Of a stretch of DNA of 62,047 nt, positions 1 to 7,976 are shown piece after piece. The position numbers and the translations under genes are program-made. This DNA is from an uncultured Candidatus Saccharibacteria bacterium. Lineage in GTDB: Bacteria > Patescibacteriota > SOKK01. Each line of letters opens with the position of its first letter. Within the stretch, counting starts at the first letter, position 1. The stretch spans positions 1 to 62,047 of the forward strand of contig CAZFJP010000014.1 in NCBI GenBank assembly GCA_964518965.1, given 5' to 3'. Under the pieces are notes generated by a model that saw only the letters and a list, made by a program, of their open reading frames with translations, was not told where the DNA came from and made no database searches.

Positions 1-141
1 CAACGCACTCATTTCCATACGGGTACAACTCTGGAAGCAGCTGAAAAAGTAATTTATGACGGACGGGTATTTGCCAATACCCCGACCGGATTTAGTCAAC
101 TTACCGACTATCCCAAGTGGAAAGAAGTGAGTCCGAAGTAA
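1..141 (+). CDS. 3' end of an unidentified CDS entering from upstream
   Basis: Frame 1 is open from base 1 to TAA at 139-141 (..HTGTTLEAAEKVIYDGRVFANTPTGF..KEVSPK*). No family recognised from 46 residues. Confidence 0.3.
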   Translation, partial: QRTHFHTGTTLEAAEKVIYDGRVFANTPTGFSQLTDYPKWKEVSPK

Positions 142-246
142 CAGAGGATTAGCTGCTTGTCCTGCTTCTGTGGCGGGGAAGTGAAAAGAGGTGGGTCGGA
201 AGTAATTGAATTATCTAGCAATAGAATTACATATTAATAGCTAACT

Positions 247-846
247 ATGAATAAGAAAACAATCGTTACAATCAGTATTGTCGGTGTGTTGATAGTAGTT
301 ACTACTATCACGGTTGGCTGTGGTTTAAAATCCAGGACGGAACCTACAACTACTGACACTACTGCAACAACTGCTACTGATCAAACTCCTACTGATACTA
401 GTGATACAACTAGTACGACAACTGGAACTACTACTGGTCAAACTGCAACTACTACTGAGACAACCAGTACTGGTAATGACGCTTTAATTAGTTTAGCAGA
501 AAAATTTGTTGCTAGTTATGGTACTTTCAGCTCCGCAGGTAATTTCAAAAACATCACTGACAACTATTCTTACATGAGTGAATCTCTGCGTCAGCAAATG
601 GCGACTTTTGTAGCTGGCAAACAAGCACAAGGTACTAGTGGTGCTACTTATGAGACGGTAACTACAGTTTTAATGTCCAAAGTTCTAGAAAACAGTGGTT
701 CTGCTGCTACGGTTTTAGTTGACACTTTCCGTGAAAATAGCTCTTCTGCTTCTGGCAGAGTAGGTAAATACGAAAATGCGTTAGTGAAGTTTGTTTTGGA
801 AAATGGTAACTGGAAGGTGAGTGAGATTCAATGGCAAGGGCAATAA
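247..846 (+). CDS. Membrane-anchored or lipoprotein-like protein with a Thr-rich linker and a small globular C-terminal domain
   Basis: N-terminal hydrophobic helix ending in VGCG. About 50 aa of T/D/S-rich linker, then an approximately 120-aa domain. Followed by a strong terminator. Confidence 0.6.
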   Translation: MNKKTIVTISIVGVLIVVTTITVGCGLKSRTEPTTTDTTATTATDQTPTDTSDTTSTTTGTTTGQTATTTETTSTGNDALISLAEKFVASYGTFSSAGNFKNITDNYSYMSESLRQQMATFVAGKQAQGTSGATYETVTTVLMSKVLENSGSAATVLVDTFRENSSSASGRVGKYENALVKFVLENGNWKVSEIQWQGQ

Positions 847-875
847 ACAACTTAAAATTTAAAACGTAAAACTTA

Positions 876-906
876 AAAACAGACCTGAAAATAGGTCTGT
901 TTTTTG
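876..906. terminator. Bidirectional intrinsic terminator between convergent genes
   Basis: aaaaacagacct-gaaaat-aggtctgttttt: GC stem with an A-run before and a T-run after. Confidence 0.8.
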
Positions 907-921
907 TAACTCTGATTATTA

Positions 922-2637
922 CTACATCTCTTCCACGGTCTCAATTCCCAACAAATCCAACCCATTCTTAATCACAATTGCTACTGCCGCAATTAATTTT
1001 AAGCGGCTGTTTTTGATTTCATCCGGTGCTTTGAGAACAGGGAGTTTGTTATAGAACAAATTAAATTTTTGCGCGAGTTGGTTGAGGTAAGTGGCAATTA
1101 AATTCGGTTCGAATAATGCAGCAGCATTTTCAATGGTTTCGGGAAAATAGATGAGGTCGCGCAATAAATCAATTTCCTCAGGTTTATCCAATCGTGTCTG
1201 TTGACGTGGCAATTCGTGAATTACCCCTACGCCGGATTTTCGGATAATACTCTGAATTCTCGTGTATGTGTACTGCAAGTAAGGTCCAGAATCTCCATTA
1301 AAATTCAACATTTTTTCCCAGTCAAACACGATATCCGTTCTTCTGTTTTGCGCTAAGTCGTTATATTTAATCGCGCCAATCGCAATTTTCTTTGCTACTT
1401 CTTCTTTATTTTTCAAATCTGGATTCTTTTCGGCAATAATCTTGGTTGATTTTTCAATTGCTTCTTTAATTACATCTTCCATAAAAATTATTTTCCCCTT
1501 GCGGGTGGACATTCGTCCTTCTTTGAAACGGTACAATCCATGAGAAATATGTTTACAATTCTTTACCCACATGTAGCCAAGTTTTTCTAGAGCAAGGAAT
1601 AATTGTTTGAAATGTAGTGACTGTTCGTTGCCAACATTGTAAATCATCAAGTCAAACTTGTATTGATGATAGCGATCAATCGCGGCTACCAAATCTCTAG
1701 TTGAGTAGAGGGTTGCGCCGTCAGCTTTTTCCAGTAAAAGCGGAGGAATTTTCGGATCGGGTAATTCGATGACAACTGCACCTTCACTCTTAGTTGCTAA
1801 TTTTTTCTTTAGAAGCACTGTAGTTAACGTTTTTGCTTCTTTGTTATATTCTGATTCACCTTTTATTATTTCCAATTTAACTCCCAAATCCTGATAAATC
1901 CGGTCAAATTCCTTAATGCTAGTTTCTTTGAAAAGTTTCCAGATTTTAAGGTTCTTTTCATTACCATCTTCCAGTTTTTTAAATTCTTTCTGGGCTAACT
2001 GATTTAAATCAGTGTTTTCCTCGGCTTCTTTGTGAAAGTGGACATAGAGATCTAACAAGTATCTGATGCCACCTTTTGTTAATTCTTTTTTATTTCCCCA
2101 TTTCTCATAAGCTACTAATAGTTTTCCAAACTGTGTTCCCCAATCACCCAGATGGTTAATGCCAATTGCCTTCCAACCTAATTTTCGGTAGATTCTTTTC
2201 AGAGAATCACCAATAACAGTGGAACGGAGATGACCAATACCAAAAGGTTTAGCAATATTTGGCGAGGAATAATCGATAACGATAGTTTTATCCGATTTTT
2301 GCTCACCAAATTTTTCTTTCGCGGTTAAAACCAGATTTAAATTTTCAATTAAGTAGTCGGGCTTGATTTTAAAATTAACAAATCCCCTAATCGCCTCTGG
2401 CTTTTCAAACTCCTTTGCACTAAAATATTTTTTAATTAATTCAGCGACGTCGGCGGAGGATCTTTTGATCGTTGGGGCAATTCGCATTGCCACATTGGTG
2501 GAATAATCCCCGAATTTTTCATTTTCGGGCTTCTCAATGATAATTTCCGGTATCGCAAAATCAGGTAGCACTTTAGTTTTTTGCGCTTCTTTGATTGCTT
2601 TCTCAATGTAATTGACTAACAATTTTCTTAACATCAT
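922..2637 (-). CDS. argS: Arginine--tRNA ligase
   Basis: 571 aa. ArgS-type HIGH region (SPNIAKPFGIGHLRS), DWGTQFG block, MSTRKG (KMSKS equivalent), C-terminal anticodon-binding region. Confidence 0.93.
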   Translation of the reverse strand: MMLRKLLVNYIEKAIKEAQKTKVLPDFAIPEIIIEKPENEKFGDYSTNVAMRIAPTIKRSSADVAELIKKYFSAKEFEKPEAIRGFVNFKIKPDYLIENLNLVLTAKEKFGEQKSDKTIVIDYSSPNIAKPFGIGHLRSTVIGDSLKRIYRKLGWKAIGINHLGDWGTQFGKLLVAYEKWGNKKELTKGGIRYLLDLYVHFHKEAEENTDLNQLAQKEFKKLEDGNEKNLKIWKLFKETSIKEFDRIYQDLGVKLEIIKGESEYNKEAKTLTTVLLKKKLATKSEGAVVIELPDPKIPPLLLEKADGATLYSTRDLVAAIDRYHQYKFDLMIYNVGNEQSLHFKQLFLALEKLGYMWVKNCKHISHGLYRFKEGRMSTRKGKIIFMEDVIKEAIEKSTKIIAEKNPDLKNKEEVAKKIAIGAIKYNDLAQNRRTDIVFDWEKMLNFNGDSGPYLQYTYTRIQSIIRKSGVGVIHELPRQQTRLDKPEEIDLLRDLIYFPETIENAAALFEPNLIATYLNQLAQKFNLFYNKLPVLKAPDEIKNSRLKLIAAVAIVIKNGLDLLGIETVEEM

Positions 2638-2840
2638 CTTTAATTATACCATAATTGATTTCCTATTGATTTTTCGGAAATTGTGTTATAGTAGTGGCAG
2701 GAAGGGAGAGTTTGCTGCGCCATGCGCTGTATGGTACATGGCACAGTCGTATATTGTATATAGCACATATGGCAAAGCCCTGTACCATTCGGTACAGGGC
2801 ACTGGGGGCTTTAAGAATGTAGAATCTAGAATTTAGAAAT

Positions 2841-3179
2841 ATGAACTACAAACGTTTAATTGGTGGAGTCATTTTAGGTGCTTTGTTTGGTGCTCTTTGT
2901 GTAATACTTTCAAAATATTGCATCACTGTTTGTAACCTTACTTTCCTTGAAATTTTCTACAGTCGTCTTCTAGTTGGTTTAGTTCTAGGATTACTTGATA
3001 GGATCGAATTGAATTTTGTTATACGCGGGGGGTTAATTGGTTTCTTAGTTAGTTTGGCAACAGTGATTAAAGATCCTTCGGAAATTATTTTATTCACGGG
3101 AACAGGATTAATAATTGGAATTGTCATTGACTTGATTCTGACGAAAGCGCCGTTCTTACAAGAGAAAAAAAGTTGTTAA
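2841..3179 (+). CDS. Small multi-pass membrane protein, unknown function
   Basis: 112 aa with 3-4 hydrophobic helices. Terminator follows directly. Confidence 0.5.
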   Translation: MNYKRLIGGVILGALFGALCVILSKYCITVCNLTFLEIFYSRLLVGLVLGLLDRIELNFVIRGGLIGFLVSLATVIKDPSEIILFTGTGLIIGIVIDLILTKAPFLQEKKSC

Positions 3180-3199
3180 TTTTTACTTAATTATGGTTT

Positions 3200-3238
3200 A
3201 ATCCTCTCTTGCTATGATAAGAGAGGATTTATTTTTTA
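3200..3238 (+). terminator. Intrinsic terminator
   Basis: aatcctctctt-gctatgat-aagagaggatt followed by tatttttt. Confidence 0.8.
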
Positions 3239-3272
3239 ATCACCTCGCTAGCGAAGCGGGGAAGGAGGGACA

Positions 3273-5258
3273 ATGAAAAACAAGGGACTAGCAAAGCTCG
3301 TTTTAGTTGTGTTTGCAAGCGGGCTTTTTTGTTTGCCACTGAAGATTGAGGCCGCAGCGCCGACAATTGCGATTAATGAAGTGCTTGCTCACTGCGGTAC
3401 TGGCGCAGAGGATTACAATGAGTTTATTGAGCTTCACAATTACGGTACTACCCCTATCGATATTGTTAATTTCGCTTTTACCGATGGTGATGCTTCTAGT
3501 CAAATTAAACCTTGGTCTACGAGTTACGGAGTAATAAATGATCCAGATATAATTATTAACACGACAACTGTCCCGGCGAAAGGTTACGCGGTAGTAATTG
3601 ATAAACAATATCCTACTTTTAATCAACCTTACGATTTTCCTAATGGTACGATTATTGTTACTACTCAAAATAATTACTTGGGAAATGGTTTGACCACTGA
3701 TGATCCCCTTACTTTATATAGTGGGCTTGTGATGGAGCGGCAATATATAATTAGCACTTTTGGTACACCAGCTGACTATGAATCGTTTGGTGACCGCGAT
3801 GATGATAAGTTAGATAAAATTCCTTTTGATCCTGGTGCTGGAAAATCATTGGAACGTACTTTTGCTGATCAACCGGATAGTGAGAGTAACTGGACGGTTT
3901 GCGGTGACGGGCCAAGTCCGGGAGCAGATAATAATGACTGTCCAAGAGCGGCAATCACTGTGGATAGAATGAGTGGAAAAGTACCTTTGAATGTCCATTT
4001 TTCGGCAAAGAATTCGGTTGATCCGGAAAATCAGCCCTTAAGTTTTGTTTGGGATTTTGGTGGTGGGGATACAGTTCAAACAATGGAAGCGGATCATAGT
4101 TTCATTGAACCGGCAGATTATCTCGTTGAACTTTTAGTAAGTGATGGAAAACTCTCTGACCGTAAGATGATAGTAATTAGCGCTTTGCCAAATTTTCCTT
4201 TTACAGTCCGCTTGAATGAGATTTTTCCCGATCCAAAAGAATCGGATGCCGTGAATGAATTTATTGAGCTTTATAACTACGGCACTCAACCTGTTTCACT
4301 TTTGAATTATCAGATTGATGATAATGAAGGGGGAAGTAATCCTTATACTTTTGGTGACCGGACTATTGAAGGGGGTGAGTATTTTATCTTAGATCGTTCT
4401 GAGAGTGGTCTTACTTTAAATAACGATGCCGATAGTGTACGCTTGTTTGATCCTGAGGGTAATCTCATTGAAGAAGTAAATTATACCGCTACCAAAACGA
4501 ACTGGTCTTATAATTACACTGAGAGTGGCTGGAGGTGGAGTTCCAAGGTTACGAGAGGAGCTAAAAACCAGATTGTTGGAGAAGTTTTAGGTAAGGAAGA
4601 TCAGTATCAGAAAATCACTATAGAGAAGGCAAAAAAACTTTCTGACAAAACAAAAGTGATTGTTGAAGGTATTGTTACAGTAGAACCAAATGTTTTTAGC
4701 GATGATTATTTCTATTTTCAGGATGGAAAATCGGGTTTGAAAGTTTATTACTCTAAAGCTGACTTTCCGAAGTTGAAGGTGGGTGATAAACTAAGAGTGC
4801 GGGGTAAAATGTCCACAGCCTATCATGAGCGGAAGGTAAACATTGAATTGAAAGGTGATATTGCAATTATCGGGAAGGGCAAGATTGATCCGGAAGTAAT
4901 TAAAACAAGCGAGATCGAGAATGAAAACCGAACCGGACAATTAGTTACTGTCCAAGGCAAAGTAGATCGCAATGCCGGAACAGTTTTTTATCTTGATGAC
5001 GGATCGGGTGCGGGAAAAGTTTCTATCAAAGAGACAACAGGAATTAAGAAGCCGGAAACGAAAAAAGGAGCTTCGTTTCGAGTGACAGGGATTATTAATA
5101 GAACAACCAGTGGCAATCGTCTTTTGCCCCGCTATCAAGCAGATATTACTGACCATTTAGTAAGTGCTGGATTAGGAGTGAAATTTTATGCCGCGATTCT
5201 AGCTTGGCTTTTCGGATTACTCATTTGTTTAACAATTGTACTTTGTTTGAAGAAATAA
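3273..5258 (+). CDS. Secreted, C-terminally membrane-anchored protein: LTD - PKD - LTD - two OB-fold-like domains
   Basis: Strong RBS (ggaggg) and a signal peptide. Two lamin-tail-domain signatures (INEVL..YNEFIELHNYG; LNEIFPDP..VNEFIELYNYG). PKD-like block (PLNVHFSAKNSVDPENQPLSFVWDFGGGD). Two OB-like segments (KVIVEGIVTVEP..YFYFQDG; QLVTVQGKVDR..VFYLDDGSG). C-terminal TM helix. Confidence 0.85.
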   Translation: MKNKGLAKLVLVVFASGLFCLPLKIEAAAPTIAINEVLAHCGTGAEDYNEFIELHNYGTTPIDIVNFAFTDGDASSQIKPWSTSYGVINDPDIIINTTTVPAKGYAVVIDKQYPTFNQPYDFPNGTIIVTTQNNYLGNGLTTDDPLTLYSGLVMERQYIISTFGTPADYESFGDRDDDKLDKIPFDPGAGKSLERTFADQPDSESNWTVCGDGPSPGADNNDCPRAAITVDRMSGKVPLNVHFSAKNSVDPENQPLSFVWDFGGGDTVQTMEADHSFIEPADYLVELLVSDGKLSDRKMIVISALPNFPFTVRLNEIFPDPKESDAVNEFIELYNYGTQPVSLLNYQIDDNEGGSNPYTFGDRTIEGGEYFILDRSESGLTLNNDADSVRLFDPEGNLIEEVNYTATKTNWSYNYTESGWRWSSKVTRGAKNQIVGEVLGKEDQYQKITIEKAKKLSDKTKVIVEGIVTVEPNVFSDDYFYFQDGKSGLKVYYSKADFPKLKVGDKLRVRGKMSTAYHERKVNIELKGDIAIIGKGKIDPEVIKTSEIENENRTGQLVTVQGKVDRNAGTVFYLDDGSGAGKVSIKETTGIKKPETKKGASFRVTGIINRTTSGNRLLPRYQADITDHLVSAGLGVKFYAAILAWLFGLLICLTIVLCLKK

Positions 5259-5261
5259 AAA

Positions 5262-5282
5262 GAGACCCTTTGGAAGGGTCTC
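5262..5282 (-). terminator. Hairpin whose U-tract lies on the minus strand
   Basis: gagaccctt-tgg-aagggtctc. The A-run is upstream on the plus strand, so the T-run is downstream on the minus strand. This argues that a minus-strand transcript ends here. Confidence 0.6.
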
Positions 5283-5383
5283 AGTAGAGGTTATGATAGC
5301 GAGCGAGATTTCTCCGGTGCTGGCTTTTGGGGACAATGCTCTTCAGGTGAGCAATCCGCCGCCGCTCGTGGGGAGGAATAAAT

Positions 5384-5797
5384 TTATTCGGCGTGATCTT
5401 TCCCAGCTTCTTCGAGAAACCTTTTGGTTTTATTCCGAAGGGGCAAGCTGGTTTTCGTCCCATTCTGGCGAGGTGGGACTGAATTACCCTTTTTCTCCAA
5501 AGGGGAATAGAGAATATCATCGATACCACCCTTTCCGTTTGATTTTTCGGGATAATACTTTTTCCCCAGCTTCTCTCGCAGTTCTTTTTCGCAGCTGAGG
5601 CAACTTGGTAGTTCGGGGTGAATACAGCCGCCTCTTTCACGTTCTTGTTGGCAGGTTGAGGGACATTGGAAGCAATCATTGGGGCAATGAGCTCCGGCGT
5701 CGCAGGCTGCTCGTGCCGGTGCGATTTCTTTTTCGCTGTTCCAACGATTATTTCGCCCGTTGCCATTTCTTTTCCCATTTCCGTTTTTCGCTCCCAT
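5384..5797 (-). CDS. Hypothetical Cys-rich, Gly/Asn/Lys-rich protein; frame assignment uncertain
   Basis: Start chosen at MGAKNG (ATG at 5797). Eight Cys (..HCPNDCFQCPSTC..GGCIHPELPSCLSC..). The frame stays open past a single TAA (5384-5386) to 5291, and a second minus frame is open over 5281-5778. Confidence 0.3.
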   Translation of the reverse strand: MGAKNGNGKRNGNGRNNRWNSEKEIAPARAACDAGAHCPNDCFQCPSTCQQERERGGCIHPELPSCLSCEKELREKLGKKYYPEKSNGKGGIDDILYSPLEKKGNSVPPRQNGTKTSLPLRNKTKRFLEEAGKDHAE

Positions 5798-5881
5798 CAG
5801 TTTCCTTTCAGGTGAACTAGTTTTGAAGGGACCACCAGGATTCATGAGGTTAAAATGTAACATATTTAAAATTATTTTGCA

Positions 5882-6310
5882 ATGACCGAGACGAAAATTA
5901 TTTCGACATTAAAAGAAATGGAGCAATTTGCTCAGGAGATCGTTTCGGAACTAAAAGGTGGAGAAACTATTGCCTTGATCGGCGATTTAGGCAGTGGTAA
6001 AACTACTTTTGTGCAATTTTTAGCAAAAGCTCTGGGGGTAAAGAAAAGAGTAGTCAGTCCGACTTTTGTAGTGATGCGCGCCTATGGTCAAACCAAATTA
6101 AAAGGCATTGCTTTGTATCACTATGATTTTTATCGCTTAGATAGTTTAGATGAGATTAGAGATCTGGGGGTAGAAGAAGATTTTAAAGATCCGAAAACGA
6201 TTTGTGTTGTAGAATGGGCTGATAAAGCAAGGGGACTTTTACCAAGAGAGCGAATTGAGATTCATTTTGAGGTAATTGACCAAAATAAAAGACAAGTTAA
6301 GATAATCTAA
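5882..6310 (+). CDS. tsaE: tRNA threonylcarbamoyladenosine biosynthesis ATPase TsaE
   Basis: 142 aa. P-loop GDLGSGKTTFVQ, SPTF, YHYDFYRL blocks typical of YjeE/TsaE. Confidence 0.9.
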   Translation: MTETKIISTLKEMEQFAQEIVSELKGGETIALIGDLGSGKTTFVQFLAKALGVKKRVVSPTFVVMRAYGQTKLKGIALYHYDFYRLDSLDEIRDLGVEEDFKDPKTICVVEWADKARGLLPRERIEIHFEVIDQNKRQVKII

Positions 6311-6696
6311 TGTTTGTTTTTGTTGATCACAATGAAAATAGGGTGCGCTTGGAACTCTGGGATCAGAGAAAGATCAAGGTTACCACTGAGTATTCCATCA
6401 GCCGGCATGGTTCAGTGGGAGTTTTGAACTATTTTGCCAAATTTGTTGGTGATAATGGTATTTATCTGCAGGATCTTAAGGGAATCGCTGTCGTAAAAGG
6501 ACCAGGATCCTTTACGGCCTTGCGAGTTATTATCAGCACTTTCAATACTCTCGCCCGTGTCCTGGATATTCCGATTATTGGAATTGGGAAGGGGGCTAAA
6601 TTCTCGCCACTATTGATTAGAAAGGGCAAGTTTGAGAAACCGGTAGTGCCGCTTTATGGAGCAAAGCCAAAGACAACCAGACCAAAGAAAAAGTAG
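6310..6696 (+). CDS. tsaB: Short TsaB-like protein (N-terminal domain only)
   Basis: 128 aa. GPGSFTALRV motif. ATG overlaps the tsaE stop by 1 nt (TAATG). Confidence 0.7.
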   Translation: MFVFVDHNENRVRLELWDQRKIKVTTEYSISRHGSVGVLNYFAKFVGDNGIYLQDLKGIAVVKGPGSFTALRVIISTFNTLARVLDIPIIGIGKGAKFSPLLIRKGKFEKPVVPLYGAKPKTTRPKKK

Positions 6697-6750
6697 CATA
6701 AAAGTCAAGATTGTTGTAAAATAAGCTTAGAAAAGCTTGTTTTTTATTGA

Positions 6751-7884
6751 TTGAGAATGCGTATTGCAGTTGATGCACGAATGTACGGCAAGAAATTCAC
6801 GGGAATCGGGCGATATATAAGTGAGCTTTTGCATAACCTTGCCGCGATTGATCAAGAAAATGAATATTTAATCCTTTTACGCAAGGATAACTTTGACGAA
6901 TGTCAGATCAATCAGCCCAATTTTAAAAAGATTCTTGCTGACTTTCCTCATTATTCCATCGCTGAGCAGACAAAGTTTTTGAGATTTTTAAACAAGCTAG
7001 ATGTTGATTTAGTTCACTTTCCTCACTTCAACGCCCCGGTCTTTTATAAAAAACCATTTGTTGTCACCATTCACGATTTAATTCATACTCTCTTTCCGGG
7101 AAAGAAAAAAAGTCGTTTTCTCCATCGTTTGTTTTACGGTTTAGTAATTCGTAGTACGGTTAAACATAGCTATTTCACAATTGCAGTTTCGGAAAATACT
7201 AAACAGGATCTGGTAAAAATTCTTCATGCTGATCCAAACAAAATTGCTGTTACCTATGAAGCAGTAGATCCCCAATATCGTGAGATTTCCGACCATAAAA
7301 TTATTGCTGACCTCAAGGCAAAATATCATATTGCAAAGCCTTTTTTGCTTTATATTGGCAATTGGCGTTACCATAAGAATGTTCAGGGACTAGTTGCAGC
7401 ATTTAATTTAATCAAGAGTCGTTATAAAATAGATTGTCAACTTATAGTTACGGGAGAAATTGGGAAACCTGAACAAGAAGAGGCAGAAGCAGCAATTCAA
7501 AATTCTCCTTATCGAAACGATATTATTCTTCCCGGTTTTGTACCAGAAGAAGAGCTACCGCTTTTTTACAGTGCCGCAACCATTTTTACTTTCCCCTCTT
7601 TCTACGAAGGGTTCGGTCTACCACCACTTGAAGCAATGGCTTGTGGTACGCCGGTTGTTTCTTCTAATACTTCTTCAATGCCAGAGATTTTGGGTGATGC
7701 TGCAGTTTATTTCGATCCTGATGATGCTAATAATATGGCAGAGCAAATTATCAAAGTGCTTCAGGATCAGAATTTACAGAAACAGATGAGATTGAAGGGG
7801 ATAGAGCGAGTAAAAAGATATAGTTGGAAATGTATGGCAAAAGAGACGCTAGATATTTATCGCAAAATTAAAAGACAATGGTAG
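6751..7884 (+). CDS. Glycosyltransferase family 4 (GT-B fold)
   Basis: 377 aa. C-terminal [18 protein letters not shown] motif. Confidence 0.9.
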   Translation: MRMRIAVDARMYGKKFTGIGRYISELLHNLAAIDQENEYLILLRKDNFDECQINQPNFKKILADFPHYSIAEQTKFLRFLNKLDVDLVHFPHFNAPVFYKKPFVVTIHDLIHTLFPGKKKSRFLHRLFYGLVIRSTVKHSYFTIAVSENTKQDLVKILHADPNKIAVTYEAVDPQYREISDHKIIADLKAKYHIAKPFLLYIGNWRYHKNVQGLVAAFNLIKSRYKIDCQLIVTGEIGKPEQEEAEAAIQNSPYRNDIILPGFVPEEELPLFYSAATIFTFPSFYEGFGLPPLEAMACGTPVVSSNTSSMPEILGDAAVYFDPDDANNMAEQIIKVLQDQNLQKQMRLKGIERVKRYSWKCMAKETLDIYRKIKRQW

Positions 7885-7951
7885 ATGGAAGATGTTAGAT
7901 GTCAGAGGTGGGAATTTGTATCTACCATCTATCATCTAACATCTACTGTCT
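7883..7951. repeat. Long imperfect hairpin, GATGTTAGATG family
   Basis: Left arm agatggaagatgttagatgtcagaggtgg, right arm ctaccatctatcatctaacatctactgtct. Positions 7883-7902 are the exact reverse complement of 41240-41259. Confidence 0.85.
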
Positions 7952-7976
7952 AACATTTAATATTTAACATCACGCA

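Noticed and set aside
2612-2836. 74-codon ORF in the argS upstream spacer
   Set aside because: It overlaps the argS start, runs through hairpin repeats, and has no RBS and no family resemblance. The region is more likely untranslated leader or promoter DNA.
2638-2840. T-box leader for argS
   Set aside because: No T-box sequence (AGGGTGGTACCGCG-like) and no specifier-loop architecture could be recognised on the minus strand.
3244-3258. Small hairpin CGCTAG(C)GAAGCGG just upstream of the RBS at 3244-3258 and again at 34266-34278
   Set aside because: Only two 6-nt blocks are shared. This is too short to distinguish from chance without a genome-wide count.
5281-5863. RNase P RNA, tmRNA or SRP RNA in the GC-rich locus
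   Set aside because: No GGAAAGTCC / ACAGAA..GGCTTA (RNase P), no GGGGCTGA..tRNA-like 3' end with CCA (tmRNA), and no GGAAGCAGCC-type SRP motif on either strand.
6717-6730. 14-nt exact repeat TAAAATAAGCTTAG at 6717-6730 and 25734-25747, each about 20-25 nt upstream of a glycosyltransferase ATG
   Set aside because: In 62 kb of AT-rich DNA (both strands), several 14-mer coincidences are expected by chance. There is no extended similarity around the match.
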